The notes below the pieces were generated by a model. That model saw only the letters and a list, made by a program, of their open reading frames with translations, was not told the DNA's origin and did not search any database. Below are positions 37,553 through 46,889 of a DNA stretch of 64,000 nt, piece by piece. A program made the translations under genes and the position numbers. Positions within the stretch are counted from its first letter, which is position 1; each line of letters begins with the position of its first letter. The stretch lies in assembly GCA_947586625.1 (NCBI GenBank), contig CANPXS010000001.1, positions 4,001-68,000 of the forward strand, read 5' to 3'. The DNA comes from an uncultured Clostridia bacterium (GTDB taxonomy: Bacteria; Bacillota; Clostridia; Oscillospirales; CAG-272).

Positions 37553-38647
37553 CTACTTACTCTCCACCATTCTGCGCAGCTCGTAAAGACCTCCCATAGC
37601 GCGCTGCGACATCTGCGCCGCCATCGACAACGCCAGCGAGGCGAAATGCTCGCGTCTCGCCGTCACCTCGTCGACGAAGCGGCACAGCGACACCGAGTCC
37701 GACATCTCATCCATACCGGCGCATACGCTGTCCGTCATGCGGCAGAACGACGTTATCTTCGGGTCGCAGCCGACGCCGACGGACGGCGTCCCCATCGCGC
37801 ACGCGAATATAAGCGTGTGCAGTCTCATGCCGAGCGCGAACTCGGCGCCGCTCATGACGCGCTTCGCGTCCGCGATGCTGAAGCTGCCGTCCCACACGCG
37901 CGCACATCGGCACATCCGCGCTATGCGCAACGACAGTGCGAGATCCTCGTCGCGCTGCATCGGCACGAGCAGCGGCACGATGCCGTGCTCGCGTATACGA
38001 ACGCATACGTCCGCGAATACGCGCGGCAGCGTCATCATCGCGCCCCTGTGCGGACGAGGCGATACGACCGCATACCGCTCGCCCGCGCCGATCCCTGCGG
38101 AGCTTGCGTCTCTGCCGCCCGTATCGTCAATGCCGCCGAGCAGAAACGCCGTGTCGGCGGCGACCGCGACATGCATGTCCGAGACGTTGAGCCCCATCTT
38201 CTGCAAAAGCGCATACGACTCGCTGTCGCGCAGCGTTATCCTGTCTATGTACTTCAAAACCGAGGCCGTTCGCCTTCGGCTCGAATCGCGCATCAGCGGA
38301 CCTATACCGTTAGACAGCAGCATCGTCTTCATGCCGCGCATCTCCGCCTCGTAGAGGAGCCATAAATAATAATAGAGCGAACGGCAGCTCGTCACATCCT
38401 GCAAAAGACTGCCTCCGCCGAATACGAACGACGTCCCCGCGTTCATTTCGCCTATGACGTCGACGAGCGAATACCTATGTACGGCGCGTACGCCGTACAT
38501 GCGCTCCGTCTCGCTCGGGCGCATAGACAAAACGGTGACGGTCTTGCCCGGCATCATTTTTCTTATTTCGTCAAGAACTATCGCCAACAGCGCCTCGTCG
38601 CCGCTGTTGCCGAAGCCGAAATATCCCGCGAGAACGATGTCGGACAA
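37553..38647 (-). CDS. csaB: polysaccharide pyruvyl transferase CsaB
   Basis: N-terminus MSDIVLAGYFGFGNSGDEALLAIVLDEI. 364 aa. Confidence 0.88.
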   Translation of the reverse strand: MSDIVLAGYFGFGNSGDEALLAIVLDEIRKMMPGKTVTVLSMRPSETERMYGVRAVHRYSLVDVIGEMNAGTSFVFGGGSLLQDVTSCRSLYYYLWLLYEAEMRGMKTMLLSNGIGPLMRDSSRRRTASVLKYIDRITLRDSESYALLQKMGLNVSDMHVAVAADTAFLLGGIDDTGGRDASSAGIGAGERYAVVSPRPHRGAMMTLPRVFADVCVRIREHGIVPLLVPMQRDEDLALSLRIARMCRCARVWDGSFSIADAKRVMSGAEFALGMRLHTLIFACAMGTPSVGVGCDPKITSFCRMTDSVCAGMDEMSDSVSLCRFVDEVTARREHFASLALSMAAQMSQRAMGGLYELRRMVESK

Positions 38648-38664
38648 CCCGTCACCCCCTTTTT

Positions 38665-40704
38665 TCAGTTTTCGCTTTCGAACTCTACGGAAAAATATTT
38701 ATTCAGTATACGTGTAAAAACTATATTCAGCGCGTAAACGACCGCCGATGTGAAAATGCCGAGCAAAAGACCGTTCGCGAGCCGCCCGAACTGTATCCCC
38801 GCATTCGTGAACACATGGCAGAACGTGTTCGTCACGGACGCGGGCAGTATAGCCGCGCCGACGGCGAGTCCCCACGGCAAAAGCGTCCCGTGCCACTTTT
38901 TCGCGTACCACACGAGCAAAACGAGACACGGATACGCGGCGACGAACTCCTTCGTGCGCGGACGCGCCGCCATATGCTCGGTGATGAATTCTCTCATCGA
39001 TTCCTCCGCCGACGATATCGATGATACGTTTCCGCTCCTGACGATATATATGACGCTCACCGCCATCATTATGACGGCTGCCGCCGCCCACGACATCCTT
39101 ATCCGTGCCGACATCACGTCTCTGACGTCGCCCGGGAACGAGCCCTTTTTATGTATGAACATCACGTAATACGCGGCGGCGGCGTAGAGAAGCGGCGCGT
39201 ACAGCGATATTTTTATGCCGCGGAATATGTCGTTGTTGAAATAATAGTCGATGCCGGACAAAAGCGAGCACATAACGACGCCGCCGACGGCGAGCACTGC
39301 GAGCACCGGCACGGCGACAGCCGCCGTAAGCGGCAGTACGCCGAGCCTGCCGCGCAGCTTTTTGAGCGCGTACAGCATGACGGACACCGCAAAGCACGAT
39401 ATAGCCAGCGCCGCGCACGTCGGATACAGCAGCACGAGCGGCTCCGGCATTACGAACGTGACCGCGAACGACGCGACCGCAAGCAGAACCGCAGCGATGA
39501 ACGCTTTCATACCGTCGAGCTCGAACACGGCAGCGACGGCTCCGACCGCGATCACCGCAACGAACGCTGCGGCGATGTTCGGCGTCAGCGCGTACCTCTC
39601 GTATCCGTCAAGACGCGTATCACATTCTTTCACGTCATAGCCGAGCGACGACAGCTTTTCTATCGCCGACCCCGCCGCCTTTGACGTGTCGGACGCGAGC
39701 GTCTCCGCCGACTTTCCGCCGAGCGAAAGCTGCGTCACGCTTACAAAGCGCGAATTTCTGTCTATCACGGAGTTGAGGTACTGGTTGCGCCTGAACATGT
39801 ACCCCGTCGAATCGGGCGACGACTGGTCGTAGGTTTCAAACGCGCGCAGGACGCGCCCGTCCGCCGCGTCGAATATTTTGTCGTAACCGATTATGTCCTC
39901 GTTTGAAAGCTGCGTCGCGTTCTCCGCCGCGACGAAATAAAGTCCCCGCGACGCGATGAGCTCCGCCATCCTGTCGATGTTTTTGTCTGCGTTCTCGTCC
40001 GTTTCTTTGCTTCTGCTGTCATTGCGCAGCCACAGATACTTGACACCGTTTTCGTCTACTATCCTTTCAAGCTCGTCTATATAGCCGACGCTGCTCCTCG
40101 ACCCCATGCGCAGCGAAACAGCAACGTCGAACCCGCGCGCCCTCATTTCCGCTATCGCCGCCTCGTCAAATCCGAGCGGGATGTCGTACGTCGGAATATT
40201 GCCGTCGAATATCACAAAAACACTGCTGCCGCCTACATCGCCGACGTCCGCGTACTCATCGGGCGAAAACGACAGCGGCAGACAGCGGCGCACTCTTTCC
40301 GCGTCGTCCTGGTCGGACGCGATTATTACATGTGAGGCATACGAAATATTTTCGACTTTGCCGAGAGCCTCCGCCAAGATGCGCGACTCCTCGTCGTACT
40401 TGTGCCTTATGTCGTGATAACGTGCGCCGACTATGTCGCCTCTGTCGACGAGCACGTTCATCGTCAGCTCCGGCACCGTCACCGTCGTGACGCCCGCCGC
40501 CTTTATCTCGTCGAGATGATGCTCCAGCGACTGCTCGCCGAGTCTGTTTTTCGCGTCCGAGTACAGAAGCGAGAACACGACGCTGTCGTTTTCCCTCTCC
40601 GCCGATACTCGCGCGAAAAACTGCGGCAGAAGCGCGCATGCAAGAAAAAGCGCAAGTACCGATATCGGCAGAAGCGCCGCCGTGCGCCGTTTATCTTTCA
40701 TCAT
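38665..40704 (-). CDS. large polytopic membrane protein (DUF5693-like), csaB-associated
   Basis: 679 aa: signal/anchor, an ~350-aa soluble domain, then about 9 hydrophobic helices. The family name is from memory only. Confidence 0.7.
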   Translation of the reverse strand: MMKDKRRTAALLPISVLALFLACALLPQFFARVSAERENDSVVFSLLYSDAKNRLGEQSLEHHLDEIKAAGVTTVTVPELTMNVLVDRGDIVGARYHDIRHKYDEESRILAEALGKVENISYASHVIIASDQDDAERVRRCLPLSFSPDEYADVGDVGGSSVFVIFDGNIPTYDIPLGFDEAAIAEMRARGFDVAVSLRMGSRSSVGYIDELERIVDENGVKYLWLRNDSRSKETDENADKNIDRMAELIASRGLYFVAAENATQLSNEDIIGYDKIFDAADGRVLRAFETYDQSSPDSTGYMFRRNQYLNSVIDRNSRFVSVTQLSLGGKSAETLASDTSKAAGSAIEKLSSLGYDVKECDTRLDGYERYALTPNIAAAFVAVIAVGAVAAVFELDGMKAFIAAVLLAVASFAVTFVMPEPLVLLYPTCAALAISCFAVSVMLYALKKLRGRLGVLPLTAAVAVPVLAVLAVGGVVMCSLLSGIDYYFNNDIFRGIKISLYAPLLYAAAAYYVMFIHKKGSFPGDVRDVMSARIRMSWAAAAVIMMAVSVIYIVRSGNVSSISSAEESMREFITEHMAARPRTKEFVAAYPCLVLLVWYAKKWHGTLLPWGLAVGAAILPASVTNTFCHVFTNAGIQFGRLANGLLLGIFTSAVVYALNIVFTRILNKYFSVEFESEN

Positions 40705-40721
40705 GCGAATACCTCCAAGAC

Positions 40722-42209
40722 CTAATCTTCGCGGCGTTTTTTTATATCCGCGAACAGCGACTTATGAAGTCCCGTCGCAAATATAACGGCGATATACGCC
40801 GCGCCGCACACAGAGAGCGGCAGCAAAAACATCACCCTGTCCGCGCATATACCGGGAGCGGCAGCGCGGAATATCACATAGACCGCAAGCGCCGCGAGCC
40901 CGGACAGCAGAACGCGTCCCGCGTCGCGTATCGTCGACCGCGTTATATACTTCCCGACCGCTGTCTTCATGCGCAGCGATATATATACCGCGTATATGGT
41001 CAGCAAAAGCGACGTCTCGGCGGCGACGCCGTACACGCCGAGATGCTCGTACACGATGCCGCCCGTCAGCAGCTTTATTATTATAACAGCCGCCGCGCTG
41101 CATACCGTGTCGATATAGCGCGACGACAGATAAAGCACCTTAGAAAAAAGCTCCTGCGCGATGTAGCCGAATACGCCGAGACTGTATATCAGGAATGACG
41201 CCGACGTCGTCGATGCAGCTTCGGCGGTGAACTCGCCCCTCTCCCACAAAAGCGAGACGATGTTATGCCCGAACGTCGCCGCGACGAGCAGATACGGCAC
41301 GAATATGACGAACATAAGCGTTATCATCGCGCCGACGAGTCCGCGCACATAGTCGAGCTTGCCCTCGGCGTGATTTTTCGATATTGCTGGGAATATGACG
41401 CTCGACATCGCCACGACGAACACGCTCGACACCGTGACGAACAGATTCGACGCGTAGTTGACGGACGTTATCGCGCCCTCGCTGCCGCTGACGAACCGCC
41501 TGTCGATTATGAAGCAAAGCTGAAAGCCCATGTTTGACGCGAATATCGCCGCCGCCTCGCCGACGCCGAACGAGCCTTTCCCGCCCCGAGAGAACATGCG
41601 GTAGCCGAGCCTGTAAAACTGCGGGAGCTGAAACACGATGTGAAGCCCCCACCCGATCGTCGTCACAACACTTACCGCGATGACGTCGGGATCGGTAAAC
41701 AAAAGCTGCGCTATCAGTATGACGTTATAGGGCAGACTGACTATCGAGGGAATGAAAAAGCGGCGGCTGTTCTGAAGCACGCCCGATATGACGTACGCGA
41801 CGCAGACGAAGCACAGCGACGGCGTCATTATGCGCGTCACCGTGACCGCCGTCGGTATCATGTCCTCGCGCAGGTCGGGCAGGAGCACCGCAACGAGCGC
41901 CCGCGCAAACACCGCCATCAACGCCGCTCCCGCGGCCGTGAAAATAAACGTGCGCGTGATGAACGACGACACATACGCGCGTCTTTCATTCTCCGTGCCG
42001 AGCTCGAGACGGCCGAGATTTTTTATCGCCAGCGTCGAGAGCGCCATGCCGATGCCGGTGAAAAGCAGCGTCACGACGCCGAATACGCCGAAATATATGT
42101 CGCTCGCCGCCGTCGCGCCGAATTTGCCCGCAAAGATTATGTCGCGAAGAAATCCTACGATCTTTGCGAGCAGTATCCCGAGCGTGACTATAAAATACTG
42201 TATGCTCAA
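40722..42209 (-). CDS. murJ: lipid II flippase MurJ / MviN family
   Basis: N-terminal LAKIVGFLRDIIFAGKFGATAASDIYF and many TM helices. The TTG start at 42209 (TTGA overlap with the gtrA stop, RBS GAAGGGG) was preferred to the Arg-rich extension to 42464. Confidence 0.85.
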   Translation of the reverse strand: MSIQYFIVTLGILLAKIVGFLRDIIFAGKFGATAASDIYFGVFGVVTLLFTGIGMALSTLAIKNLGRLELGTENERRAYVSSFITRTFIFTAAGAALMAVFARALVAVLLPDLREDMIPTAVTVTRIMTPSLCFVCVAYVISGVLQNSRRFFIPSIVSLPYNVILIAQLLFTDPDVIAVSVVTTIGWGLHIVFQLPQFYRLGYRMFSRGGKGSFGVGEAAAIFASNMGFQLCFIIDRRFVSGSEGAITSVNYASNLFVTVSSVFVVAMSSVIFPAISKNHAEGKLDYVRGLVGAMITLMFVIFVPYLLVAATFGHNIVSLLWERGEFTAEAASTTSASFLIYSLGVFGYIAQELFSKVLYLSSRYIDTVCSAAAVIIIKLLTGGIVYEHLGVYGVAAETSLLLTIYAVYISLRMKTAVGKYITRSTIRDAGRVLLSGLAALAVYVIFRAAAPGICADRVMFLLPLSVCGAAYIAVIFATGLHKSLFADIKKRRED

Positions 42210-42694
42210 GCGTCCCGCCCCTTCTTCTTTCTGAATACGAACAGCTTGCCGAACACATAATTGCCCGCCATGACGACGACCGCCGCCGCCATTTTGGACA
42301 CCGTCTCGGCGTAATTCTCGGAGCCGTCCACTACGCGCAGTATCAGAAGCGCGCCCGCGTACGTTATGACGTAGTCGAGTCCGAGCGTCAGAAGCCGTCC
42401 CGACGCAAACGCCGCCAGCTGCTTCGGCACGCTCACCGACTTGTCCGCGTCGGTGAACACCCACGCGCGGTTAGTGAAAAACGAGAAAAGCACCGCGCAC
42501 ACCCACGATATGACCTGCGCCGCCGTGTAAAGCGCTATATAGCGCGCGCTCTCGACGTCGCCCGGCTCGATGCCGATGATACCGCGTCCGACGCTCATCA
42601 AAAGAAAGTACACGCCCCAGCTCACCGCCGTCGTCAGCACGCCGAATATGAGATACATTATTATCTCGCGGTATTTAGTAAACAGCTTTTTCAT
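42206..42694 (-). CDS. GtrA family membrane protein
   Basis: 162 aa, four TM helices, with the motif FFTNRAWVF. Confidence 0.8.
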   Translation of the reverse strand: MKKLFTKYREIIMYLIFGVLTTAVSWGVYFLLMSVGRGIIGIEPGDVESARYIALYTAAQVISWVCAVLFSFFTNRAWVFTDADKSVSVPKQLAAFASGRLLTLGLDYVITYAGALLILRVVDGSENYAETVSKMAAAVVVMAGNYVFGKLFVFRKKKGRDA

Positions 42695-43296
42695 TTCGTA
42701 AGCTCCGATGTGATCTTTTCAAATTCCTCGCGCGTTATAAGCACGTTCATCGCCGACAAAAGCGCGTTTGCCGTCATTCCCGGTGGCAGCTCGAGACGTC
42801 TCGCCGTCTCGTCGCGCCACCTCTGCGCGTCGTCGGAGCCCGACAGTCCCGCCGCGTACATGTCCGCCTTCGTTATGCCGCCGCGCGACTTTCCGTCATC
42901 GTGACCGCGCGAAAACGGCAGAAGCAGCTCATAGAGCTTGTCCGCGTCGATGCCCTCGACGCCGAGCGTGCCCGCCTTTGACGGCGACCTTTTGCGCTTT
43001 TCCTTGCCCTTTATAGCGGGGATATAGAGCTGCACGACGCTGCCCGCCGGCACCGCCGACGTTATATACGAGCGTATGACACCTCCCGCGCCGTCGCTGT
43101 CGGTGAGAAGTATTATGCCGCCGCTCTTTGCAAGTTTTCTTATGAGCGCCAGCTTTTCGCCCCTGTTGAATATCCCGAATCCGTTCGTCGTGATAATGAC
43201 GCCGTTCACCACCGACGCTATTTTCTCCCTGTCGTATTTGCCCTCGACAATGATGGGTATGTCGACAGTCAGCTTTTCGCGCCTCTCCGCCGCCAT
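42691..43296 (-). CDS. Toprim-domain protein (RNase M5-like)
   Basis: IIVEGKYDREKI..GGIILLTDSDGAGGVIRSYI matches the Toprim E...DxD pattern. The ATG at 43296 overlaps the holA stop by 1 nt. Confidence 0.75.
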   Translation of the reverse strand: MAAERREKLTVDIPIIVEGKYDREKIASVVNGVIITTNGFGIFNRGEKLALIRKLAKSGGIILLTDSDGAGGVIRSYITSAVPAGSVVQLYIPAIKGKEKRKRSPSKAGTLGVEGIDADKLYELLLPFSRGHDDGKSRGGITKADMYAAGLSGSDDAQRWRDETARRLELPPGMTANALLSAMNVLITREEFEKITSELTK

Positions 43297-44372
43297 TACG
43301 CCCCCACCTCGCACACGAGCCGTTCGAGCGCCTCATATCCGCCGCCCGTCGACTTGATGCGCCTGTCGGCGTCCGCGCACGCGAGCACCGCGCGCTCGAT
43401 CTCGTCCTCCGTGCGCGCCGACGCGCTTTTCATATATAATTTCACTTTGTATTCGTGCATGCCGAGCGTCTGCGAAATAGCGGGCGCCGACGCGCCCGTC
43501 GACAACAGCGCCTTCACCGCCATTATGTCCGACAGAACGCGCGCGATCCCTGCCGAAACGATGACAGGCTCCGTCTTTCGGCGCATCTCGTCGTACAGCG
43601 CCGACAGCGCCGCGTCGCGCCGCTTATCGAGTATCGCGTTCGACAGCGCGAACGCGTCGTATCTGTCGCCGCGGCAGCATACGGCAGCCACGTCGTCCTT
43701 CGTTACATGGTCGCGCCCGTGTGCGCGCACGTACGACGTCAGCTTGTCTATCTCGCCCGACAGCGACGTCATGTCCTCGCCGACGAGCGACACCATCGCG
43801 TCGGCGGCGTCCCATTCGGGCGTTATCCCCTCATGCGTGAAATGGCGCTCGACCCATCGCCTGAGCTGCGCCGGCGTCGTCGCGGGAAAATATACGACGT
43901 TCACCCCGTCCGTCGCGCACAGCTTCTTATACGCCGCCGACGGGCGCTTCGGCGGCTCGCCGCAGTCGAAAGTCCCCGGCATCAGGCACAAAAGAACTAT
44001 CGCGTCGTCCGCATACTCCGACGATGCAGACATAGCCCCGATCAGCGCGTCAAAATCGGAGTCTTTAAGTCCGTCCGCCGCCTCGACCGACACCTCGACG
44101 AGCCGCTTGCGCGACACCGCGTCCGGCTCCGTCAAAAGCATCGACATCATCGACATGACCGGCGTTGCCGCCGCGTCAACGATCGCGTCCGCGTCCGCTT
44201 TAGTCTCGTATCCGACGACGGCGCGGTCATACTCCGCCTCCGGCGACGAATACGGCTCGCGCGTCCTGTCGCGGTAGTGCCTGATGAGGTACGACTCCTC
44301 GCCGCACAGAACGTACGCGCCGCCGCGTCCCGCGCGCAGCGCGTTTTTGTATTCGGACTCGGTCATGTTCAT
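43296..44372 (-). CDS. holA: DNA polymerase III subunit delta
   Basis: 358 aa, N-terminus ..GAYVLCGEESYLIRHY. Delta-subunit length and layout. Confidence 0.85.
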   Translation of the reverse strand: MNMTESEYKNALRAGRGGAYVLCGEESYLIRHYRDRTREPYSSPEAEYDRAVVGYETKADADAIVDAAATPVMSMMSMLLTEPDAVSRKRLVEVSVEAADGLKDSDFDALIGAMSASSEYADDAIVLLCLMPGTFDCGEPPKRPSAAYKKLCATDGVNVVYFPATTPAQLRRWVERHFTHEGITPEWDAADAMVSLVGEDMTSLSGEIDKLTSYVRAHGRDHVTKDDVAAVCCRGDRYDAFALSNAILDKRRDAALSALYDEMRRKTEPVIVSAGIARVLSDIMAVKALLSTGASAPAISQTLGMHEYKVKLYMKSASARTEDEIERAVLACADADRRIKSTGGGYEALERLVCEVGA

Positions 44373-44373
44373 T

Positions 44374-44943
44374 TTATACCTCCGCCGCGTCCTGCGGCGT
44401 CAACGTCACGTTCATCGTTATTCTGTTGAACTGCGGCGGCGACATTCCCGTCTCGACCGTGTATATCATATCGAGTACGCCGCCGTCCTCGCCGACCGTG
44501 TTTTCAATGCGTCTCGCCGTCGTGTAAATGAGGAGCGGCAAACTGCCCGTATTGTACGCGCACGTATGGCGTACGCCCTGTTCGAGAACGAGCGCCGTAT
44601 AGACGTCGCCGCCGCGCGTTATCGTGACGAGCTCGCGGTCGCCGTCGTCAAACGACACCGATGTCACCGTCTCGCCCATGCTCTCGACGTCGGGCTCGCG
44701 GTATCTTATCTCCGTTTTGCCGTCGCCGGTGTAGAGCTCGCCCTCCGTATACATATCGAGGCTGTCGTCGTCGCTCTCGTCCTCAATGATAAGGCGCAAA
44801 AGCGCCTTCAGCTGCTCGCCGTCCTCGTCGTCGACCTGATCGAGCATTTCGGCAAAATAGCACAGCGACTCCGCCGCGTCCGGCTCGATGTCGTGGAAAT
44901 GCGAGCTCACGCGTATCCCGACCTTTTTACCTGCGATATCCAT
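44374..44943 (-). CDS. DUF1934-like small beta-barrel protein
   Basis: 189 aa from MDIAGKKVGIRV. The family assignment is tentative and from memory. Confidence 0.6.
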   Translation of the reverse strand: MDIAGKKVGIRVSSHFHDIEPDAAESLCYFAEMLDQVDDEDGEQLKALLRLIIEDESDDDSLDMYTEGELYTGDGKTEIRYREPDVESMGETVTSVSFDDGDRELVTITRGGDVYTALVLEQGVRHTCAYNTGSLPLLIYTTARRIENTVGEDGGVLDMIYTVETGMSPPQFNRITMNVTLTPQDAAEV

Positions 44944-45048
44944 CAAATCCCGCCTCAATAAAGAAATACATGTTAAATATACCACAACGGTGCATGCTTG
45001 TCAACTTTTCTCACGTTCGCAAGCGATGTTTGCGGGGAAAATAAACTT

Positions 45049-45453
45049 ATGAAAAATCATCGTTTTTTTGTTAAATTCGTCTCGGCGTCCGCCGCGTTCG
45101 CGCTAGCGCTTGCGGCGATGTCGCCGATATGCCTCGCTTATGAGCTGCCCGACGCGGAGCTTCTCGCCGCCTACATCGAGGGCGGTCCCGCCGACGAGCT
45201 CTACGGCATGATAGCCGTCGGCGCCACCATAATAAACCGCATACGCTCAGACGATTTCACCGATTCTCTCTCTGCGAACGCGTCCTCACTCGGCATATTC
45301 CCGTCGCCGTCGCCGTCCGAGATGGCGCTGTACGCGTCGCATCTTGTGCTGTCGGGCGAGGACCCGACGCACGGCGCTGTCCGCATCATACGCGGCAACG
45401 CGGACGGCGAAAACGTCACGCTCGTCACGTGCGGACTGTCGTTTTCGCGTTAG
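45049..45453 (+). CDS. secreted SleB-type cell wall hydrolase domain protein
   Basis: Signal peptide MKNHRFFVKFVSASAAFALALAAM, then AVGATIINRIRSDDFTDSL (Hydrolase_2-like). Confidence 0.6.
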   Translation: MKNHRFFVKFVSASAAFALALAAMSPICLAYELPDAELLAAYIEGGPADELYGMIAVGATIINRIRSDDFTDSLSANASSLGIFPSPSPSEMALYASHLVLSGEDPTHGAVRIIRGNADGENVTLVTCGLSFSR

Positions 45454-45636
45454 TGAAAACCATTCGCGTTAGTGAAAACCATTCGCGTTAGTGAAAACCA
45501 TTCGCGTTAGTGAAAACCATTCGCGTTAGTGAAAACCGTTCACGTTAGTGAAAACTTTGCGCGGCAGCACAAACCATTCGCGTCAACGCAAACCGTTTAC
45601 GGCAACGCAAACCGTTTACGGCAACGAAAAACGGGA
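45447..45636 (+). repeat. 19-bp tandem repeat array, 10 units in register
   Basis: GCGTTAGTGAAAACCATTC occurs 5 times near-perfectly (45447-45541), then five progressively diverged units (e.g. ACGGCAACGCAAACCGTTT). The first unit contains the stop codon of the upstream CDS. Confidence 0.9.
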
Positions 45637-45652
45637 CGCTGCAGCGTCCCGT
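45626..45652 (-). terminator. intrinsic terminator downstream of tRNA-Pro
   Basis: Minus-strand hairpin ACGGGACGC-TGCA-GCGTCCCGT followed by TTTTT. Confidence 0.8.
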
Positions 45653-45670
45653 ATTCGAAGGGTTTTAATA

Positions 45671-45744
45671 TCGGAGTGACTGGATTCGAACCAGCGGCCT
45701 CTTGGTCCCGAACCAAGCGCTCTACCGGACTGAGCCACACCCCG
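45671..45744 (-). tRNA. tRNA-Pro (anticodon CGG)
   Basis: The reverse complement CGGGGTGTGGCTCAGTCCGGTAGAGCGCTTGGTTCGGGACCAAGAGGCCGCTGGTTCGAATCCAGTCACTCCGA folds as a cloverleaf. The anticodon loop is TTCGGGA and the T-loop is GGTTCGAATCC. Confidence 0.95.
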
Positions 45745-45774
45745 ATATACGGTCGCTTCCGCGACAGCCTAAAC

Positions 45775-45804
45775 AGTATATCACGCGCGCCCCCGTCATG
45801 TCAA
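45775..45804 (-). promoter_or_regulatory. promoter of tRNA-Pro
   Basis: On the minus strand: TTGACA (45804-45799), 18-bp spacer, TATACT (45780-45775). Confidence 0.65.
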
Positions 45805-45859
45805 GTAGTTGGGGCAAAAAAGTTAATAAAAGTTTCCGTGGGGACTGCTGTGCCGCCTT

Positions 45860-46400
45860 CGCCGGCGGGAATGATGCACGCTTTCCGCGAAGCGGAAACC
45901 ACCGCCGCCCAAACGGTGACAATGAGCCGGAGGCTTCCAAGCAAAACCTACGCGCACCGTGCTCGTGCGCTGACGGCTCGTCCAGCGTCAAACGCAGACA
46001 CGACGTTTTGACGGTGATATCGCCCCGTCGCGAGGGAGCTGTTCGCAGGAAGTTATAACGCGGTGTTCTTTTGGAGAGGGGGGGCGGGCGTAGGTTGGCG
46101 CGAAGCGACAAACTACCACTTTTCTCTTAATAAGAAAAGGTCCTCATCCCCGTTTATCTCTTTCTTGCGAGAAAGTCCCCCTTGTCAAAAACATGTTCGT
46201 AGGTGTGAAAGACGTCACCACGTCAGGTGTGCAAAGGTAGCTGCCGGTGGAGACGCACCGCATGATGAACCGCGTGTGAGCAGTATCTCCTCACTGCGTT
46301 CGGAGCTACGACACGTTTTCGCTTCGCGAAAAGTGTGGGAGATGCCAGTTTCGGAAACGGGTGAGCAGTAGCGCGAAAAATAATACATAAATTTGTGAAA
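45860..46400 (+). repeat. decayed tandem copies of repeat modules (module B type and hairpin/tail type)
   Basis: Examples: CACGCTTTCCGC-GAA-GCGGAAACC (~45876). GCAGTATCTCCTCACTGCGTTCGGAGCTACGACACGTTTTCGCTTCGCGAAAAGTGTGG (~46283-46340). CGTAGGT...GCCGG units, and a hairpin/tail-like stretch ending in TTGTCAAAAACATG (~46130-46195). Confidence 0.7.
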
Positions 46401-46405
46401 AGCAC

Positions 46406-46434
46406 TTGACAAATCATCAAATTTGTGGTATAAT
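46406..46434 (+). promoter_or_regulatory. perfect extended -10 sigma-A promoter with no downstream ORF
   Basis: TTGACA (46406-46411), 17-bp spacer ending in TGG, TATAAT (46429-46434). Confidence 0.75.
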
Positions 46435-46440
46435 ATAGGT

Positions 46441-46790
46441 GGTCAAGGGAAAGAGGTGTTTGTAGGTTGAGCGGGGGAGTCTGCGAATAGCTCCCTCGCG
46501 GCATGGCGAGTACGCGGCAGGTCGTCGCTGACGCGACGACCTGCGACACATTTCCGCTTCGCGGAAAGTGTGGTGAAAAACTGGCATCAGGTAATAACGC
46601 ACGAGTACGGCGCGCGTAGGTGAAGCTGGGAAGCCGGTATCTCCTCACTACGTTCGGAGATACTACACGTTTCCGCTGACGCGGACAGTGTGACGTTACC
46701 CTCACTTGGTCGGCGGCGGTTTTGCTTCGCAGAAAGTGCCGTGTAATGATTGTACAAACAAACCGCCGCGAGGCGGTTTGTTTGCATATG
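46441..46790 (+). ncRNA. candidate novel structured non-coding RNA (~350 nt)
   Basis: It is bounded by the consensus promoter and the terminator hairpin CAAACAAACCGCC-GCGA-GGCGGTTTGTTTG (46755-46784). It contains no credible ORF. Inside are a perfect 12-bp hairpin (46517-46544) and two module-B hairpin pairs. Confidence 0.5.
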
Positions 46791-46860
46791 TGCTGCAAGC
46801 CCGTTTGTAAAATCCCCACATTTTTTGCGTTTCCCGCGCACAGATTTTACATTTGACACA

Positions 46861-46889
46861 TTGACATGATTTTTGTGCGGGGATATAAT
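46861..46889 (+). promoter_or_regulatory. promoter of the mrp-like operon
   Basis: TTGACA (46861-46866), 17-bp spacer, TATAAT (46884-46889), about 20 nt before the mrpE ATG. Confidence 0.7.

Noticed and set aside
37012-37599. ORFs inside the repeat arrays: 37012-37323, 37324-37599, 36897-37394, 32875-33096, 32945-33175, 29243-29482, and the N-terminal extensions of the sngA-, sngC- and DinG-like ORFs.
   Set aside because: Different copies of the same repeat are translated in different frames (e.g. GTSFICEEPFCRKLGV versus KLFSFARNLFVESWEF from near-identical DNA). Conservation is therefore at the nucleotide/structure level, not the protein level, and no RBSs are present.
45447-45636. Possible CRISPR array.
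   Set aside because: The units are directly abutting 19-bp repeats with no unique spacers. The repeat length is too short and no cas genes are present in the window.
45529-46371. Track ORFs 45529-46011, 45702-46058, 45722-46111 and 46063-46371 as protein genes.
   Set aside because: They overlap tRNA-Pro, its promoter and each other. They have Arg/Ser/Cys-rich low-complexity translations, no RBS, and are composed of repeat modules.
46503-46619. 38-codon ATG ORF (MASTRQVVADATTCDTFPLRGKCGEKLASGNNARVRRA) inside the candidate ncRNA.
   Set aside because: There is no Shine-Dalgarno sequence upstream, the ORF runs straight through perfect hairpins, and its composition is atypical. The region was kept as non-coding.
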